Below, piece by piece: positions 36,639 through 49,653 of a stretch of 64,000 nt of DNA. Position numbers and translations under genes: made by a program. The notes under the pieces were generated by a model, which had not been told where the DNA came from, made no database searches, and saw only the letters and a program-made list of their open reading frames with translations. Source of the DNA: Podarcis vaucheri (taxonomy: Eukaryota); the NCBI GenBank assembly GCA_965113315.1, contig OZ220367.1; one strand, given 5' to 3'. The first letter of the stretch is position 1. Each line of letters begins with the position of its first letter.

Positions 36639-37625
36639 AATAGTACTTTGGGCATATTTGATCTATAAGTTGGCTGTTGGAACGTCTAAAGAATTTTGTT
36701 AGGATTATTGATACTGAATCCTTAAAAATATAGTTTTTTTGGAATACCAGCCTGAATTTACAACTCTGAATTCTTTTGGTACACCAGAGAGGAAAGATCT
36801 GGTTATCTTTTTGAAACGTTCATAGCACATCTTGTAATAAGTTTTGTATTTGGTTTGATCAACTTTTGAGATTGAAATTTGGGACATATTTATCCATTCT
36901 TTGGCATTTGTATGACAGAAAAAGATAGTGAGCAGTCAAAGCAGGTAGTAGAATACAACATTCCAATTTACTTTCTGATACCAAACTCATAACCCTGTTG
37001 GATTGCACTTTACTTTCTTGAAAAAAGGAATCAGCTTCAGATTTTCTTTTGAGTCAGACTTTTAATATTGAGGAATTCTTCTTTTACTTGGTGTTTATGT
37101 ATTTTCTTAGGTGAGTACACAGAACATCCACAGCATGAGTTCTTGTTGGACTAGGACTTTGTGTACCACTTAGATCAAGTGGAAAACTTGACTGGCTTAG
37201 GTTAGTGGGGGGAAATACATTTTGCTTTTTTGTTCTTCATGTTTGAAGCCTTTAACCTCTATTTCCTGTTGGGCTAACAATGTTTTCCTCCATTTGCACA
37301 AAAGAACAAAGTTTAGCATTAAAAAATTATTTGTATAGGAACACATTCTCTTCCAAGTAAAGCCTGGTTCAAAAGCATTCTTGTGTCATGGTGGATCATC
37401 ATTCAAGTACTGTACTTTGTTATGCTTTTGCATTTGGAGACTCGAAGATCTCAAGTTATACTTACTTGTGTACCTAATGAATAAAGAACAATGAAAAAAG
37501 CCTCCTGTCTCTGAGCTGCACAAGAAAATTGATGTTTGAGAATAATATAGCCTTGATGGAACATATTAGAGTGGTCACGTCTCCCTTGTTTTTCCTGGTA
37601 TAATCTTGTCTATCTAGTGCAGATA

Positions 37626-37867
37626 CAGTGGTACCTCGGGTTACATATGCTTCAGGTTACATACGCTTCAGGTTACACACTCTGCTAACCCAGAAATAGT
37701 GCTTCAGGTTAAGAACTTTGCTTCAGGATAAGAACAGATATCGGGTTCCGGCGGCGCAGCAGCAGCAGGAGGCCCCATTAGCTAAAGTGGTGCTTCAGGT
37801 TAAGAACAGTTTCAGGTTAAGAACGGACCTCCGGAACCAATTAAGTACTTAAGCTGAGGTACCACTG
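37626..37867 (-). mobile_element. Tc1/mariner MITE, family A copy 3 (inverted relative to 4547-4772)
   Basis: Same TIRs and TA TSD. The reverse complement aligns along the full length of 4547-4772, with one extra 16-bp sub-repeat. Confidence 0.93.
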
Positions 37868-38708
37868 TATTTGATTTTATAGTAATAGTTGAAATGAACC
37901 ATCATCTAGACATGCACATACCATCCTGTGTACAACCATGTTTTTTTCTGAAAGTGATACAGAAGGATTTGTTTCACAAGCTTCTTCACAGGGCTGCAGG
38001 GCTATTCTCTCTTCCCACCTCTCCACCTCCTAAAAATACCCCTTTAAATCAAACCTCTCACACCAAATCTCCACACTAATTCTTAAACTTGCGAAAGTGC
38101 AAGGGAAGTTTGTAGGCAAGAAAGAACATCAATAAAGAATGAATAAAATGGATTTCTGCTGGGTCTTGCCAAGGGCCATGTGGTACAATTTGCAATTTCT
38201 GTTATGATAGCAATATCCCTCCCCTGCTGTTTGCTTTCCTTCCAAAAACTGCCATGCAGTTTCTGGGCATGGAGGTCATATTTACCTATCAATACCCATT
38301 TATATGTCTACTATAAATTTGTGCAATCCCAGTTTTTAAAAAAGAATCTCAGTCCATGGCAATGACCACATATTGTGCCATGTTTTCCTACCTCTGTGAG
38401 AAAATCTCTGGGAAGTCATGCATGTGCCTATAGTGACCAAGAGATTAAGATCTAGCCACTTCCATTAATGTGGTTCCAACTACCACTTGAAGATGGCTAT
38501 CACAATATTTGTTTAGCGTATTAAAACCAAAAGAAGGTTTTTCAAATATTTCCAATTCCTGTAGTTGTAAACATCTTAAGGTTAATGTTTCTTTAAACTG
38601 TGCATATTTTATGGGTATTTTCCAGAGAATAAAGAACTGTCCCACATATTTAACCACCTAGGACAGGGTTGGGGGTGTTTTTAGCCCAAATACTACATTC
38701 CATCATGG

Positions 38709-39062
38709 CAGTGGTTCCCAATTAGCTAAATACTACAGACCCCCTGTTTCTCAAAAGCCAAGACATGGACCTCCTACTCTTGATATCTCTGTGGTGGTTT
38801 TTGTTATGTGAATGATGCCACCGTACCCTCCAACATGTCCCAACGCAAAACCAGGATATGCCTCTTCCTGCACAAGTCACGTGACCCATGAGACATTATG
38901 GCACCCCAAAATGAATGTTTTTGGGTGCCAAGATCTCAGGCATTTTTGGGCACCATGCTGTCATATGAGAACATGCCCCCAAAATGGGGTGTGTGCCACA
39001 GACCCCCTGAGTGGGTTGTTCATATCCCCTGGGGTCCACAGACCACCAATTGCAAATCAGTG
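38709..39062. mobile_element. hAT-type non-autonomous element
   Basis: CAGTGGTTCCCAA left end, degenerate TTGCAAATCAGTG right end, perfect 8-bp TSD CATCATGG (38701-38708 and 39063-39070). Confidence 0.8.
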
Positions 39063-39073
39063 CATCATGGGCA

Positions 39074-39453
39074 TCAAGAATTGATCAGTGCATCAAGAAT
39101 TGATGCTTTTGAATTATGGTGCTGGAGGAGACTCTTGAGAGTCCCATGTACTGCAAGAAGATCAAACGTATCCATTCTTAAGGAAATCAGCTCCGAGAGG
39201 TCACTGGAAGGACAGGTCGTGAAGCTGAGGCTCCAATACTTTGGCCACCTCATGAGAAGAGAAGACTCCTTGGAAAAGACCCTGATGTTGGGAGAAGGGG
39301 ACGACAGAGGACGAGATGGTTGGACAGTGTTCTCGAAGCTACAAACATGAGTCTGACCAAACTGCGGGAGGCAGTGGAAGACAGGAGTGCCTGGCGTGCT
39401 CTTGTCCATGGGGTCACAAAGAGTCGGACACGACTAAATGACTAAACAACAAA
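39074..39453 (+). mobile_element. Bov-B (RTE clade) LINE, 5'-truncated 3' end
   Basis: Encodes RIDAFELWCWRRLLRVP...LKLRLQYFGHLMRREDSLEKTLMLG (Bov-B ORF C-terminus). The 3' end is GTCCATGGGGTCACAAAGAGTCGGACACGACT with a CAA tail. TSD GCATCATG(G/A)GCA. Confidence 0.95.
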
Positions 39454-39799
39454 GCATCATGAGCAGCCTTCCAAGGTCTGCATGCCAATGGTGTACAGGG
39501 CCAGAGGCAAGTGGACAGAGCAATTGATGTGACTCTTTCTTTGTACAGTAGTCAACATTCCAGCAACGCAAAAGCCAGAGGCTTTTAAACATCCACAACT
39601 GGAGGGAACAGGACCAGTGAAGGACTTGAGGTGCCTCAAGGGCTGCATGTGATTCCCCAGGTCTGAAGTTATCCACTCGTGTTGTAAGGTTTGATATAAA
39701 GGAACTTGATTCTGCTGAAGCGAAGTAGCATTCAGTCAGGTCACTACCTGGATGGAACACATCTTGGAATCCTATATTCCCGTCCTTTAGTTTCGTAAT

Positions 39800-39843
39800 G
39801 GAAGGAAGGAAGGAAGGAAGGAAGGAAGGAAGGAAGGAAGGAA
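39800..39843. repeat. (GGAA)11 microsatellite
   Basis: Direct reading. Confidence 0.95.
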
Positions 39844-42800
39844 GAATATAAATCAAACAAACAGGCATGGCAGTAAAACCAGGTTTATCTCCAAATATAT
39901 ACAACATGGAGCTGTAGACAATCCTGGCTCTATGATGAACGTATATGAAATATAAAATTCATGTTTCCAAATTGCAGTTTAGAAAGTATATCTCTGGCTT
40001 AGTAATACTAAGCTTCCTTTAAAAACTGTTAGAAAATAGACCCAACATAGTATTTTGACTTTTGCACCTTCTATTATTTTTGTATCATATGAAAATCCAG
40101 TGTTTTTAAAAGATCTCTGAAGATTAAATGTGCCCTCTTTTTACCTATGTCACATTTATGTATGGATACAAAATAAGCACTAGTATCCAGAATTGTTGAC
40201 CCTTGAGATCTAATATTGACCTCAGTCAGTATTAACTTTTCAGATCGATAAATGCTGTTATTGACCTCAAAGGAAGTCAATACTGCTTGTTAATTTGCAA
40301 AGTATAACTGCAAAAAAATGCTACACATTTTGTTCTTCATTATCACCCTATTTATATCTGTTTTTAACATCATCTTTTTCACCACCTAGAAAGTGTAATG
40401 TCGAAACATTTCAATTCCAGTTACAATAAGGGTTGAAGAGAGATTTGTATTGCATAATATGGAACAAGAGAAGAGAACATGTTTCCCCTAGCATGAAAAT
40501 AATACCAGTTCTATAGCACTGTGGTGTTTTTCCTTTTTAAGGGGAGTTCGGTTACTTTTTCTCTGATACAATTTAGAACAAAGTATATTTCAGCTGCCAA
40601 AACACACACTTCTTCATAAAACTATAATGGCTGAGTGAGCTAATCCTGAACTAACTGGAAACAATTCTTTAAATCATTATTGAACAGTAGATTTTTATCT
40701 GTTTAGATAACAATGGCAGGTGTGTAAATGAAGATGTTACTATACAGAAGTTTGAAGGGAATGTTGTGATTCAAATTGTATTTAATTGCAATATCTTAGG
40801 TTGGTTTTAGTGCTCTGTCTAGTTTTGTTACATGCAAACATAAATGTTAAATCATGCATGTCTTGATGTATGTTAAATTTTATTCCAGTATTCAAATGCC
40901 CAAACAACATTATTTCACATTTATCAGTTTGCTATTTCAATTCTAAATTCTGATAAATGATTTATAGGCTGATACTAAAGTCAGCTACTTGGAAGCAAAT
41001 GCTGTCAATTTCAGTGAGAGTTGTTTTCAAAAGTGCTAATTTCTAGATAGATATAATCTTAATCCCACTTCCTGTTTGATAGACTCTAACTGGCACACAA
41101 GACAAACAAAAATGATTCCACTTTATAAAGTAATAAACTTGTGTGAAGGGTCTTGGGGGAACAGACTTTGCTTTTATACAATCTTCCTTTCATCTGTTAA
41201 CATGACACTAAGAAAGCTCAAACATTGTGTTGTTAAATTCCACCATGTAGGTTGGTTTTTCATAGCTACTGATTTCTTACACCAACCTCTTTAGCAAACA
41301 AGCAGATGCAAAAGGCAGGAAATGATTATTGCTCTTGGACCGGGTTGAGAAAGGGGAGCAAGCTCATCCCTACCCATTAGTTCCAGACACTTTACAGAAG
41401 CCAAACAAGGGTAATCTTAGGAGGCCTGGTACCAAATTCTGCTTCTCCATACTCCTGCCCAGCTTTCTGCTTGGCACATTTGACAAGCTGGGATGGAGAG
41501 TTGGGTGAGGTCAGAAACTGGAATGCTAAATGGAGTGGGGAGTGGGAGAATCATCACTAGGGTTTTAGCTCTGTAATTCTTCATCTTTTTTGGCTGATTG
41601 AACACTCGCTAACATCTTATCCCAGCTTGCTTGCTGTATTGCCACTCCCACCATGGACACTGTATTCGTATTGTGAAAAAGTACCTGGTGGCCTTAGAAC
41701 CAATTTTGGTGCCTATAAAATGCAGGACATCCAACTACTATCTCTATGCTGGATGCGATAAATGTAGAAACCAGTTGTGATCAAGACTGCCTTGTTGTCT
41801 TTATGGCCCATCAATAATATTGTACTGCAGTGGCGGCAAATATGGTACAGTAGACACCTAAATATCTAGGCTTCCATATTTTGTAATAGGGAAATTTTTC
41901 TTTAACTTTTACGGGGTTGGCTATATAAATGCAGATGAAAAACAGAGAAAGGATGGTAAAGCAAAGCATTTCCTGTTGATGAACAGGTTTCTTCTTTTGA
42001 AGGTCACCTAGTCCAAGAAGGAAGGAAAAATATACCTTTAACAACAATCATCCCCACCCCCAGTCTCTTCATGCTAATTTGAACAATCTATTCAACTTTT
42101 TGAGATAGAGGAGCAAAGCTACATGGCTTCCATTACACTTTCTATATCTTAAAGTGATTGAAATAATTTGTTTTCAGTCTGAAACTAATTAGCATTCAAG
42201 GTCAGGCTTACACCACTTTAATTTAATGCCTAAGTACATTTGTACTTTTCATTGCTGCTTCAAGAAGATCCTTGTTGGAATTGTAGGTTTGTATTCTATT
42301 TCACCAAGAGTAGCTGGCTTTATAAAGGTGTTGGTTTGCTTGCTTTATAGGTCAGGTATTTATGTTGACAGCAATGGTACTGGAAAGGATGACATGCTTC
42401 AGAGACTTTTGAAATTACTTCAGAATTTAGATTATTAGTGGCACTTTTGCCTTTGCATTCCTTCTTAAGGGAAAAATCCAGTCAATTAATTTTCTCAAAG
42501 ATGTGAATAATAAAACATGGATGTGAAGTTTCACTGAACTAGAAATGAGCAGTACCTTTTGGGTCATAGTTTATAATGCGCAATTTAGTACTCTCTTCCT
42601 TCTTCTGCACTGGGAGATTAGTGAAAAATAAGCTGTGTAAATTAAGTTTATTGCAACATTATCTTCAGATGTACAGCAGTGAAGATTATATTGAGTGATA
42701 GCAGTTGAGTGGATTTTGTATAAAAAGAATTATCACATAAAACCACATTCTGAATAAAAATATTGCTCAGAGTTCCTCTTATATCATTTTATTAAAAGTT

Positions 42801-43448
42801 CTAGTCAAACACATTGCAAGAGTTTGGGAGAAGGAGCCATACTTAAGATAAATACAATCTGTTAGCTAATGGGAATCCTACCACCATCGTGTGCAGATCT
42901 TGTACCTTGCGTGCTTACAATGGTCTGATATAGTTGACTCCTATGCTGCTTAAAAGCTCTGCATTCACATTTGCAAAGAAAGCACCCAAACTGGCAACCA
43001 CGTCACCTGAATTTACATGGAACACAACATCCCTTGATTCAGCGATACATGTATAAGCAGAATGGAGCCCAAGTGAATGGTAGCCCAGAGGAGTTTGCTA
43101 CCATTTTGTTATCTCTCCACTAATCGTAGCTTGCTATGTCTTATAAACCAACTGTGGTTTAAAACAAACTGGTTGGCCTCAGAGTAAGCCAACTTCAAGC
43201 TGTGGTAATGAAGCTGGCTTGATATCTGCTTCATATGACGCAACAAGCGAGTGAGAAGTGGGATTTGGAAGTGTGAAATCATTTTTTTTCTTCCAGCTAC
43301 ATGGGGTGAGGGGTGGGGAGCACATGTGCAAGCAAAGCCTCAGGCTGACCTTCCTGTTCTTGCACATAGTGCTAGGCCTCTTATGTGCTAACTAAACGAG
43401 TCAGGAAGTCCATGGCTATTCTCTAGTCTAGCTGTTGAAGCTGTACAG

Positions 43449-43584
43449 CAGGCATAGGCAAACTCGGCCCTCCAGATGTTTTGGGACTTCAACTCCCATC
43501 ATCCCTAGCTAACAGGGCCAGTGGTCAGGGACGATGGGAGTTGTAGTCCCAAAACATCTGGAGGGCCAAATTTGCCTATGCCTG
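43449..43584. mobile_element. Palindromic hAT-type MITE
   Basis: TIR CAGGCATAGGCAAA / TTTGCCTATGCCTG; 8-bp TSD CTGTACAG / CTCTACAG; nearly the whole element folds back. Confidence 0.9.
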
Positions 43585-43793
43585 CTCTACAGAATAAGGA
43601 ATCAATTGATACAATCCAGAGCAGGAATTAAAAGTGGCATGCCTCTTGAATTTGGGCTGTTTCTAGTTCCCAAATTCAGTTCCTAAGGCTTTTTCTCCCA
43701 CGGCAGCTTCAGGTTCCTGTTCAAATATTAACTATAATATATATATCTCTCTCATGCAAATCTTATTTACAACATTTGTACGCCACCCAATAG

Positions 43794-44003
43794 AGACTGT
43801 GTAGGGCAGTGGTTACAGTGTCCGACTAGGACTGGACTGAAATGTCCATTCACCTGTGAAGTTCACAGAGTGACCTTGGTCCATTCCCCAACTCTCTGCC
43901 TGACCCACCTAACAGGGCTGTTGTGAAGTTAAAATGTAGGGGAAGGCCCTGTATCTTCTCTTGAGCTCTTTTGAGGCAAGGCAGGATATATGTTAAATAA
44001 ATA
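43794..44003 (+). mobile_element. Degraded Squam3-like SINE
   Basis: GCAGTGGTTACAGTG head, GTGACCTTGG and ACAGGGCTGTTGTGAAG body, AAATAAATA tail; similar to 7362-7609. Confidence 0.7.
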
Positions 44004-44292
44004 TATTGACTTACTATGAAACATGAAAACTCAACTACAGTAAAGGAGATCATTTTTTTTAAAAAACTTTAAAAATCATCATCATCAGTTAAAACAGCAT
44101 AAGACTATAGGAAGTGTTACTAAAAGCAGGTGTAAAATTGAGTGGATCGTTGTCTTCTTGCTTTTTTCTCATTGACACGGTAAAAGCCATTTAACTTCAG
44201 TGCAATGTGCTACTTAAATGACATTAATCAGTTGCGACCCTCGTGACCTTCCCTGACTTGAAAACTTGGAGGGACGAAAGAAAAGTGAGCCT

Positions 44293-44435
44293 AAGCTTCC
44301 TTATATGGAGCTTCTATCCTAGTAGCAGCAGCTCTCCAGGTTTTCAGATAGGATCATTTCCCACCCCCTACACGGAGATTTGAGAAATTGACCCTGGGAC
44401 CTTGTGGATGTAAGGCATGTGCTTGAACACTGAGT
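44293..44435 (-). mobile_element. Old tRNA-derived SINE, same family as 16340-16558
   Basis: GCAGCAGCTCTCCAGG...AATTGACCCTGGGACCTT...CACTGAG. Confidence 0.6.
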
Positions 44436-45152
44436 GGACCTGACACTAAAGTTGGCATGTGAAATAGTTCTGTGTCAAATCACTTAGATATTTTAACAAC
44501 TAATTTGAAGGGGGGGAGTTCTTTTGATGCAGGTGGGAGGAATGGTTGAATTGTTTTGATTAATAATTTGGATGGAAATTGCCATTCTCTGGGGGTGGGA
44601 GAAATCAGGAAATTAGTCAGGTATTCATTGATCAAAGAGCTGCTGGTGAGGAAAAGAAATGATGTCCAGAAATCCAAATATTGCAAATAAAAATACATAT
44701 TTAATTATGGCTTAAAATGTGATTAATGTGGAAGTGGGATGGAATGGATTTATGAGTGAATAAGAATGAAAAGAATGAAGACCAAAAATATTGACTTACC
44801 TCTTAACTAGCTATGTGCTACTACTTGAAAGGGCTGATTGTGTGGACCTCTGCTGTGGAGAGCAGCCACTTTTGGGCACAGGAGTCTATATCCAGCATGG
44901 ATTAAAATAGTTATATATTTGTGTGTTTGCAGTGGCATGTCATAAATTGAATCCAGCTTGTGTGGCGATTTTACAATGCTGGCTCATTTTGAAGCCAAAA
45001 TGACATGAAAGTGACCAATTGTCATGTGAATTTACAGTTTGTCAAAAGTTTTTCTGACAATTCAAGTATAGAATGTTTATTGGATCATGTCTGTCTAGGT
45101 GCCTGGTGACACATCTTCAAATAATCTTAAAACGTTAGTGAGGCAATATTAT

Positions 45153-45221
<69 letters not shown>
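45153..45221. repeat. (TC)n(AC)n microsatellite
   Basis: Direct reading. Confidence 0.95.
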
Positions 45222-47139
45222 GACTTGAAAGTTTTATATAATGATGAAGAATGACTTCAACCCAAACTTGTCTTGAATTATGAGAAATATATTTATTCAG
45301 CTGATGCATATGCAATACAAGGAAAGCAACTCATTTAGATATAAGTATTCAGTCTTTCTTATCAGTTCCCATATTACAGTGTATTTTTTAAAAAAAAAAA
45401 TTGATGCATTCTATGGTAAATTTGCATAACCCCCAAATTCTGATAGCAATTATTATAATAATGCTAAATATATTTAAATGATTTTGTATTTATTCATCAT
45501 CTCTCCATTTGACTATCTCAATGTTATTCTGGCTGGGTTCACACATAAGGTGAAACTGTGGTTTTGTTAACAATAGTTAAGAATCCACACCATAGGTTTT
45601 TTTTAAAGTTTTATTATTTTTTTCAAAAGAAACAGCAAAACCATGCCATTGCTGGTGGTACTCACAAGCACAGTAACCTTACATAGATTTTGACACAATT
45701 AGAAAGTTGAAGTTCTAGCTAGACTCATGGGATGACCTTCGAGCATCTGTTGATATGAATCGGCTGCTTGAGTTAGAAGCTATCATAGTAGAATTTTAGA
45801 TTTAACATTCCCATTCTTTCAAAGCGTATGCTTCCCTTTATTCATAAATCCATTAAGGAGTCTCTGCCATTTGTTGAGCCACTGATCAAATATGAAGATA
45901 AGGAGGGATATAGGAATTTGGGCAGAAGGTTCATTTTAATGGCTGCCATACAACCCAGCCAACTTAAATGTCTCTAGCTTAATAGCTCTCTTCTTACGAG
46001 ACAATGAATGTGGCCGAAGTTACTTTTTTTCCCCAGCTGGCCCAAGTCATACCCCCAGGTTTAGAAACCTTCCATGGCAGGAACACCAGGTCAGTGTTAG
46101 GAAACAACCAGTGCTGCTCTGCAGCTGGGAGATACACAGGAGCATGATAACCAAGTTTAGAGCAGTCCACATCTAACCTTTTCAAAGTATGAAACTGCTG
46201 TAGACTGTTTCAGTGGAACTGTGGCCTCCCTTGGTTCACTCAGAATCAGCAAAAGATATCAAAGATGTGCTTAACCTGCTGGACACACCTGCCTTTAATT
46301 ACACTGTGAGTTTCCAGATGTACCACAGGCTAACATTGTTTTGAGCTTCTGCTCCTATCTGCCATCTGCTCACCACTCAATTTTTGTAGGCCCATTCTAT
46401 CTCCATGGTGCCACAGCTTTTTGAGGCAGGTAACAGGCTCTAACTATGACTTTTTTTGTGGTCTGTGAACTCAAATATAAGAGCAAACCACAGTTAGCAT
46501 GCTACAATTTGCAACCCAGTTTCAAAATGGTATCACATCCTAGTTTGTTGACCTCACACAAATCATGGCTTGTAAGCAATTAACATTAACATACATAACG
46601 GGCTCATACATTCACATGAAACCATATTTTGTTTTACAACTGATCCCCCAGCACTTCTGTGAGCCTGGTATTTAAATCCTGACCACTCAAACCCAGCTCT
46701 AGCAGTCTGTCCACAGGATCTCAGTGGATTCTTAAGTTTTGTCTCAGTTTACATGTTTGTTTCATTGGGATTCCTGCCTTTTGAACTTGTTTAAAAATTA
46801 TCTTGAGATTTGCATAGTTGTTTCTATCTCTCAGGCTTGCAGCTTCTGGTAGAGTACAAACTTTATTTGTTGATTTAAAATTATGTTCTTGGTGATCTTT
46901 AATTGTGCTGTCTTGTATAGGGGATTTTATATCCAAGTTTCATCACTATAAGCAGGAGGTTCACAGGTGAAACTTCCCACAAAACGCCCGCAGAGAGAAA
47001 TGATATGTGTACAGTAACTCCTTTGAAACTGATACAATGTGAAGTCGAGAAGGGTTCAGAAATCTGCAACTTAACACTCGCTGTCACTGTAGATAAATAG
47101 CACATTGCTGTGGTCTTTCCTAAATCTCCAACAACGCCT

Positions 47140-47560
47140 CCAGGAATAAAGTCAAGTGGCTGCAGACTTCCATTTTTTTCAGATTGATTATATTGAAAGA
47201 GCCCATTAGGAACTGATTTAAGCTAGCTTGGATGAGCGGAGTCTTAGTTTCAGCTCTTAAGGCTTTGGCTACTAAAAGTTCACTCTGTCCTGAGCATATA
47301 CCAGCTCCACAGGCTATTAACTTTATTAGTGTGGAGATAAGCTGATTAGACCTTGTCAATCAAAGATGCCAATATCTCAATTGAGAGTCAGTCCGTCAGT
47401 CTCCCTCTCCCTCCCTCTCTGCCTTTATGAGCATTGGAGCAGGCAACAAAGAGAGATGTGGCTTGCATCCCCATGGTTGTTACCATGCAGGGTGCAAGGG
47501 TCCTGTGATGATGTGATGACTATATTAAAGAGTACATCAATTTGTTTTTAAAGTGTTTTG
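47140..47560. promoter_or_regulatory. Candidate conserved intronic enhancer
   Basis: Repeat-free stretch with clustered AGATAAG, TGATTA, AATCAAAG (TCF/LEF-like) and AACAAAG (SOX-like) motifs. Conservation was not verified. Confidence 0.35.
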
Positions 47561-49446
47561 ATTTTTTATGGTGGCATTAAGAGAGAACATTGTGGTTGCA
47601 GCTTTACTAGAAAGCAAAGAGTTCTAGAAGGGGGAAAAAGTGTTTCTTTGAAGCCTACAGGGACTTTGAGTCTTACTGTGCCTATGGGCGCTGAAATGTT
47701 CCCATAGCCGGCATACTCTGATCCACCATCAACTTAGGTAGGATTCTTATGTTCAAATTATTCAATTATGTCAAGCGAAAGCACACATGAATTTTTTAAA
47801 TCTTTACAGATGTGTGTTTATTAAATAGAGGTGTCCCTTGAGCTCCCCCCACTCCTGCTGCCCCCAGTGATTGCACAGAGAAGGTTTCACTGAGTGTTTA
47901 TAGTCAATAATCTGGGAAGATTCGTTTTAAGGAAAGGTCACTTATGACTTATGAACTGTGACTGAGCATCTGGAGATAAATTTTTGGGTGTGGGATAAGT
48001 AGTAAATCGCAGGTATTTGCATTTCTTATTAACAGGAAGCATTAGAGAAATAGAACATGATCTTTCAAACGTTCTGCAGTATTTCCGCCGTAGTCTTCAT
48101 CATCTAGTTAGTAAAAGATGTACAGAGAGAGGGGGGTGAATCTGGGCTTTTGTTCTTCACATCTGTGGTTTTGCGCTCCCCATGTCTCCCTCATACATCA
48201 AATGCAAACAACAGAAGCCCATCCTTTTCTTCTGTCGCCTTATACTCACCACCCAATGAAGACTGGAGCTAAAGTGCTACTGAACTACATAGCCACAGTG
48301 GATTATCTCTTTACCAGCTATTCTTCATCCCACTATATCAATTTTTCCACTAACCACTCAGACACTTCCCTTCTGAGAAATGGTAATGGAGATGGTATTT
48401 TAGCTAGATAAATACATTATAGTGACACAAAGGCACATGCATCTGTCTTGTACCTCACTACATATGTTGGTGCTGCTTATGCTGTCTCGGTGCTTTGGAG
48501 ATCCCCCCTTTTCTCTTTGGACAGCCCTAGAGAAGAATCTTACACCCTGTGCTAATAAGTTTCTAAAGATCTTGCATCCTTTTCCATAAGCACATTGGTT
48601 GCAATCCAGAACTGTACACACGTATCTCAGGCATTTCATTCACTTTTATTATGCTCCACCCCTTCTAAGCTGGAGAATCTTAAACAGTGGTTTGTGCAGA
48701 AGACTCCTGGCAGTGAAAACTATATGGATGGGCACTCTAAACTTTGCTGAATCATAACATTTTTGCAATATTTATTTCCAAACATGTCTCAGAATGCAAA
48801 TTCTGTAATTATTCAGTTTGCTATTATGTTGTACCATTCAGTTGTATTACAGTGAACGATCCCATGTCCTAGTTCTTTTGGCGAAGTATGCAATACATGA
48901 TGCACATTTCTTTCTGCCTGCATGCTGGTAGTAAACAGTGGGTTTTTCTTCTGATGGCTGCTCTTGAGTAATTAGCTGGGGATGTGGGGTGGAGAGGAAG
49001 TAGTAGCAGGCATCTGACACCTTTAAGCTTATTGGATTTTCATAAGTGTATTCACAGGCTTGAATTTCCACCATTATTCCTTGGCTAGCTGTATGCAATC
49101 TGGCACTTGGAATAAATCAAAAACAATTGACAATTCATGAAATGGTGGTATTTTTCTTCAAGGTATTTCACATACTGAAACCACTAAGTTATTTTTAAAA
49201 GTTTCCAACACCTAAGGCTAAATGAAAACTTTCCCTGGGACTAGGCTTGCCTTTTACTGATAATCCCTGCTTTCATTGGTTCCCTTTCCTTTTCCTGGTT
49301 TTGCTTCTAAGTGGCTCTGTAATCTTGTTGCCTTATGACTTTGTATTGTAGTAGGTTTTACTACTACAATATTTTATTACATCTGAATGAGGAGTATCAA
49401 GAAGTGGCAATCATCAATAGTAATAATGATTGTAGTAATAGTAATA

Positions 49447-49653
49447 CAGTGGTACTTCAGGTTACAGACGCTTCAGGTTACAGACTCCGCTAGCCCAGAA
49501 ATAGTACCTCGGGTTACAAACTTTGCTTCAGGATGAGAACAGAAATTGTGCAGCGGCAGCGGGAGGCCCCATTAGCTAAAGTGGTACTTCCGGTTAAGAA
49601 CAGTTTCAGGTTAAGAACGAACCTCCAGAATGAATTAAGTTCTTAACCAGAGG
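49447..49653 (-). mobile_element. Tc1/mariner MITE, family A copy 4 (right TIR truncated)
   Basis: TA|CAGTGGTACTTCAGGTTAC start and same body as 37626-37867; the last ~8 bp of the TIR are missing. Confidence 0.9.

Noticed and set aside
38898-39350. 150-aa ORF as a host gene
   Set aside because: It is hAT sequence fused to a truncated Bov-B C-terminus.
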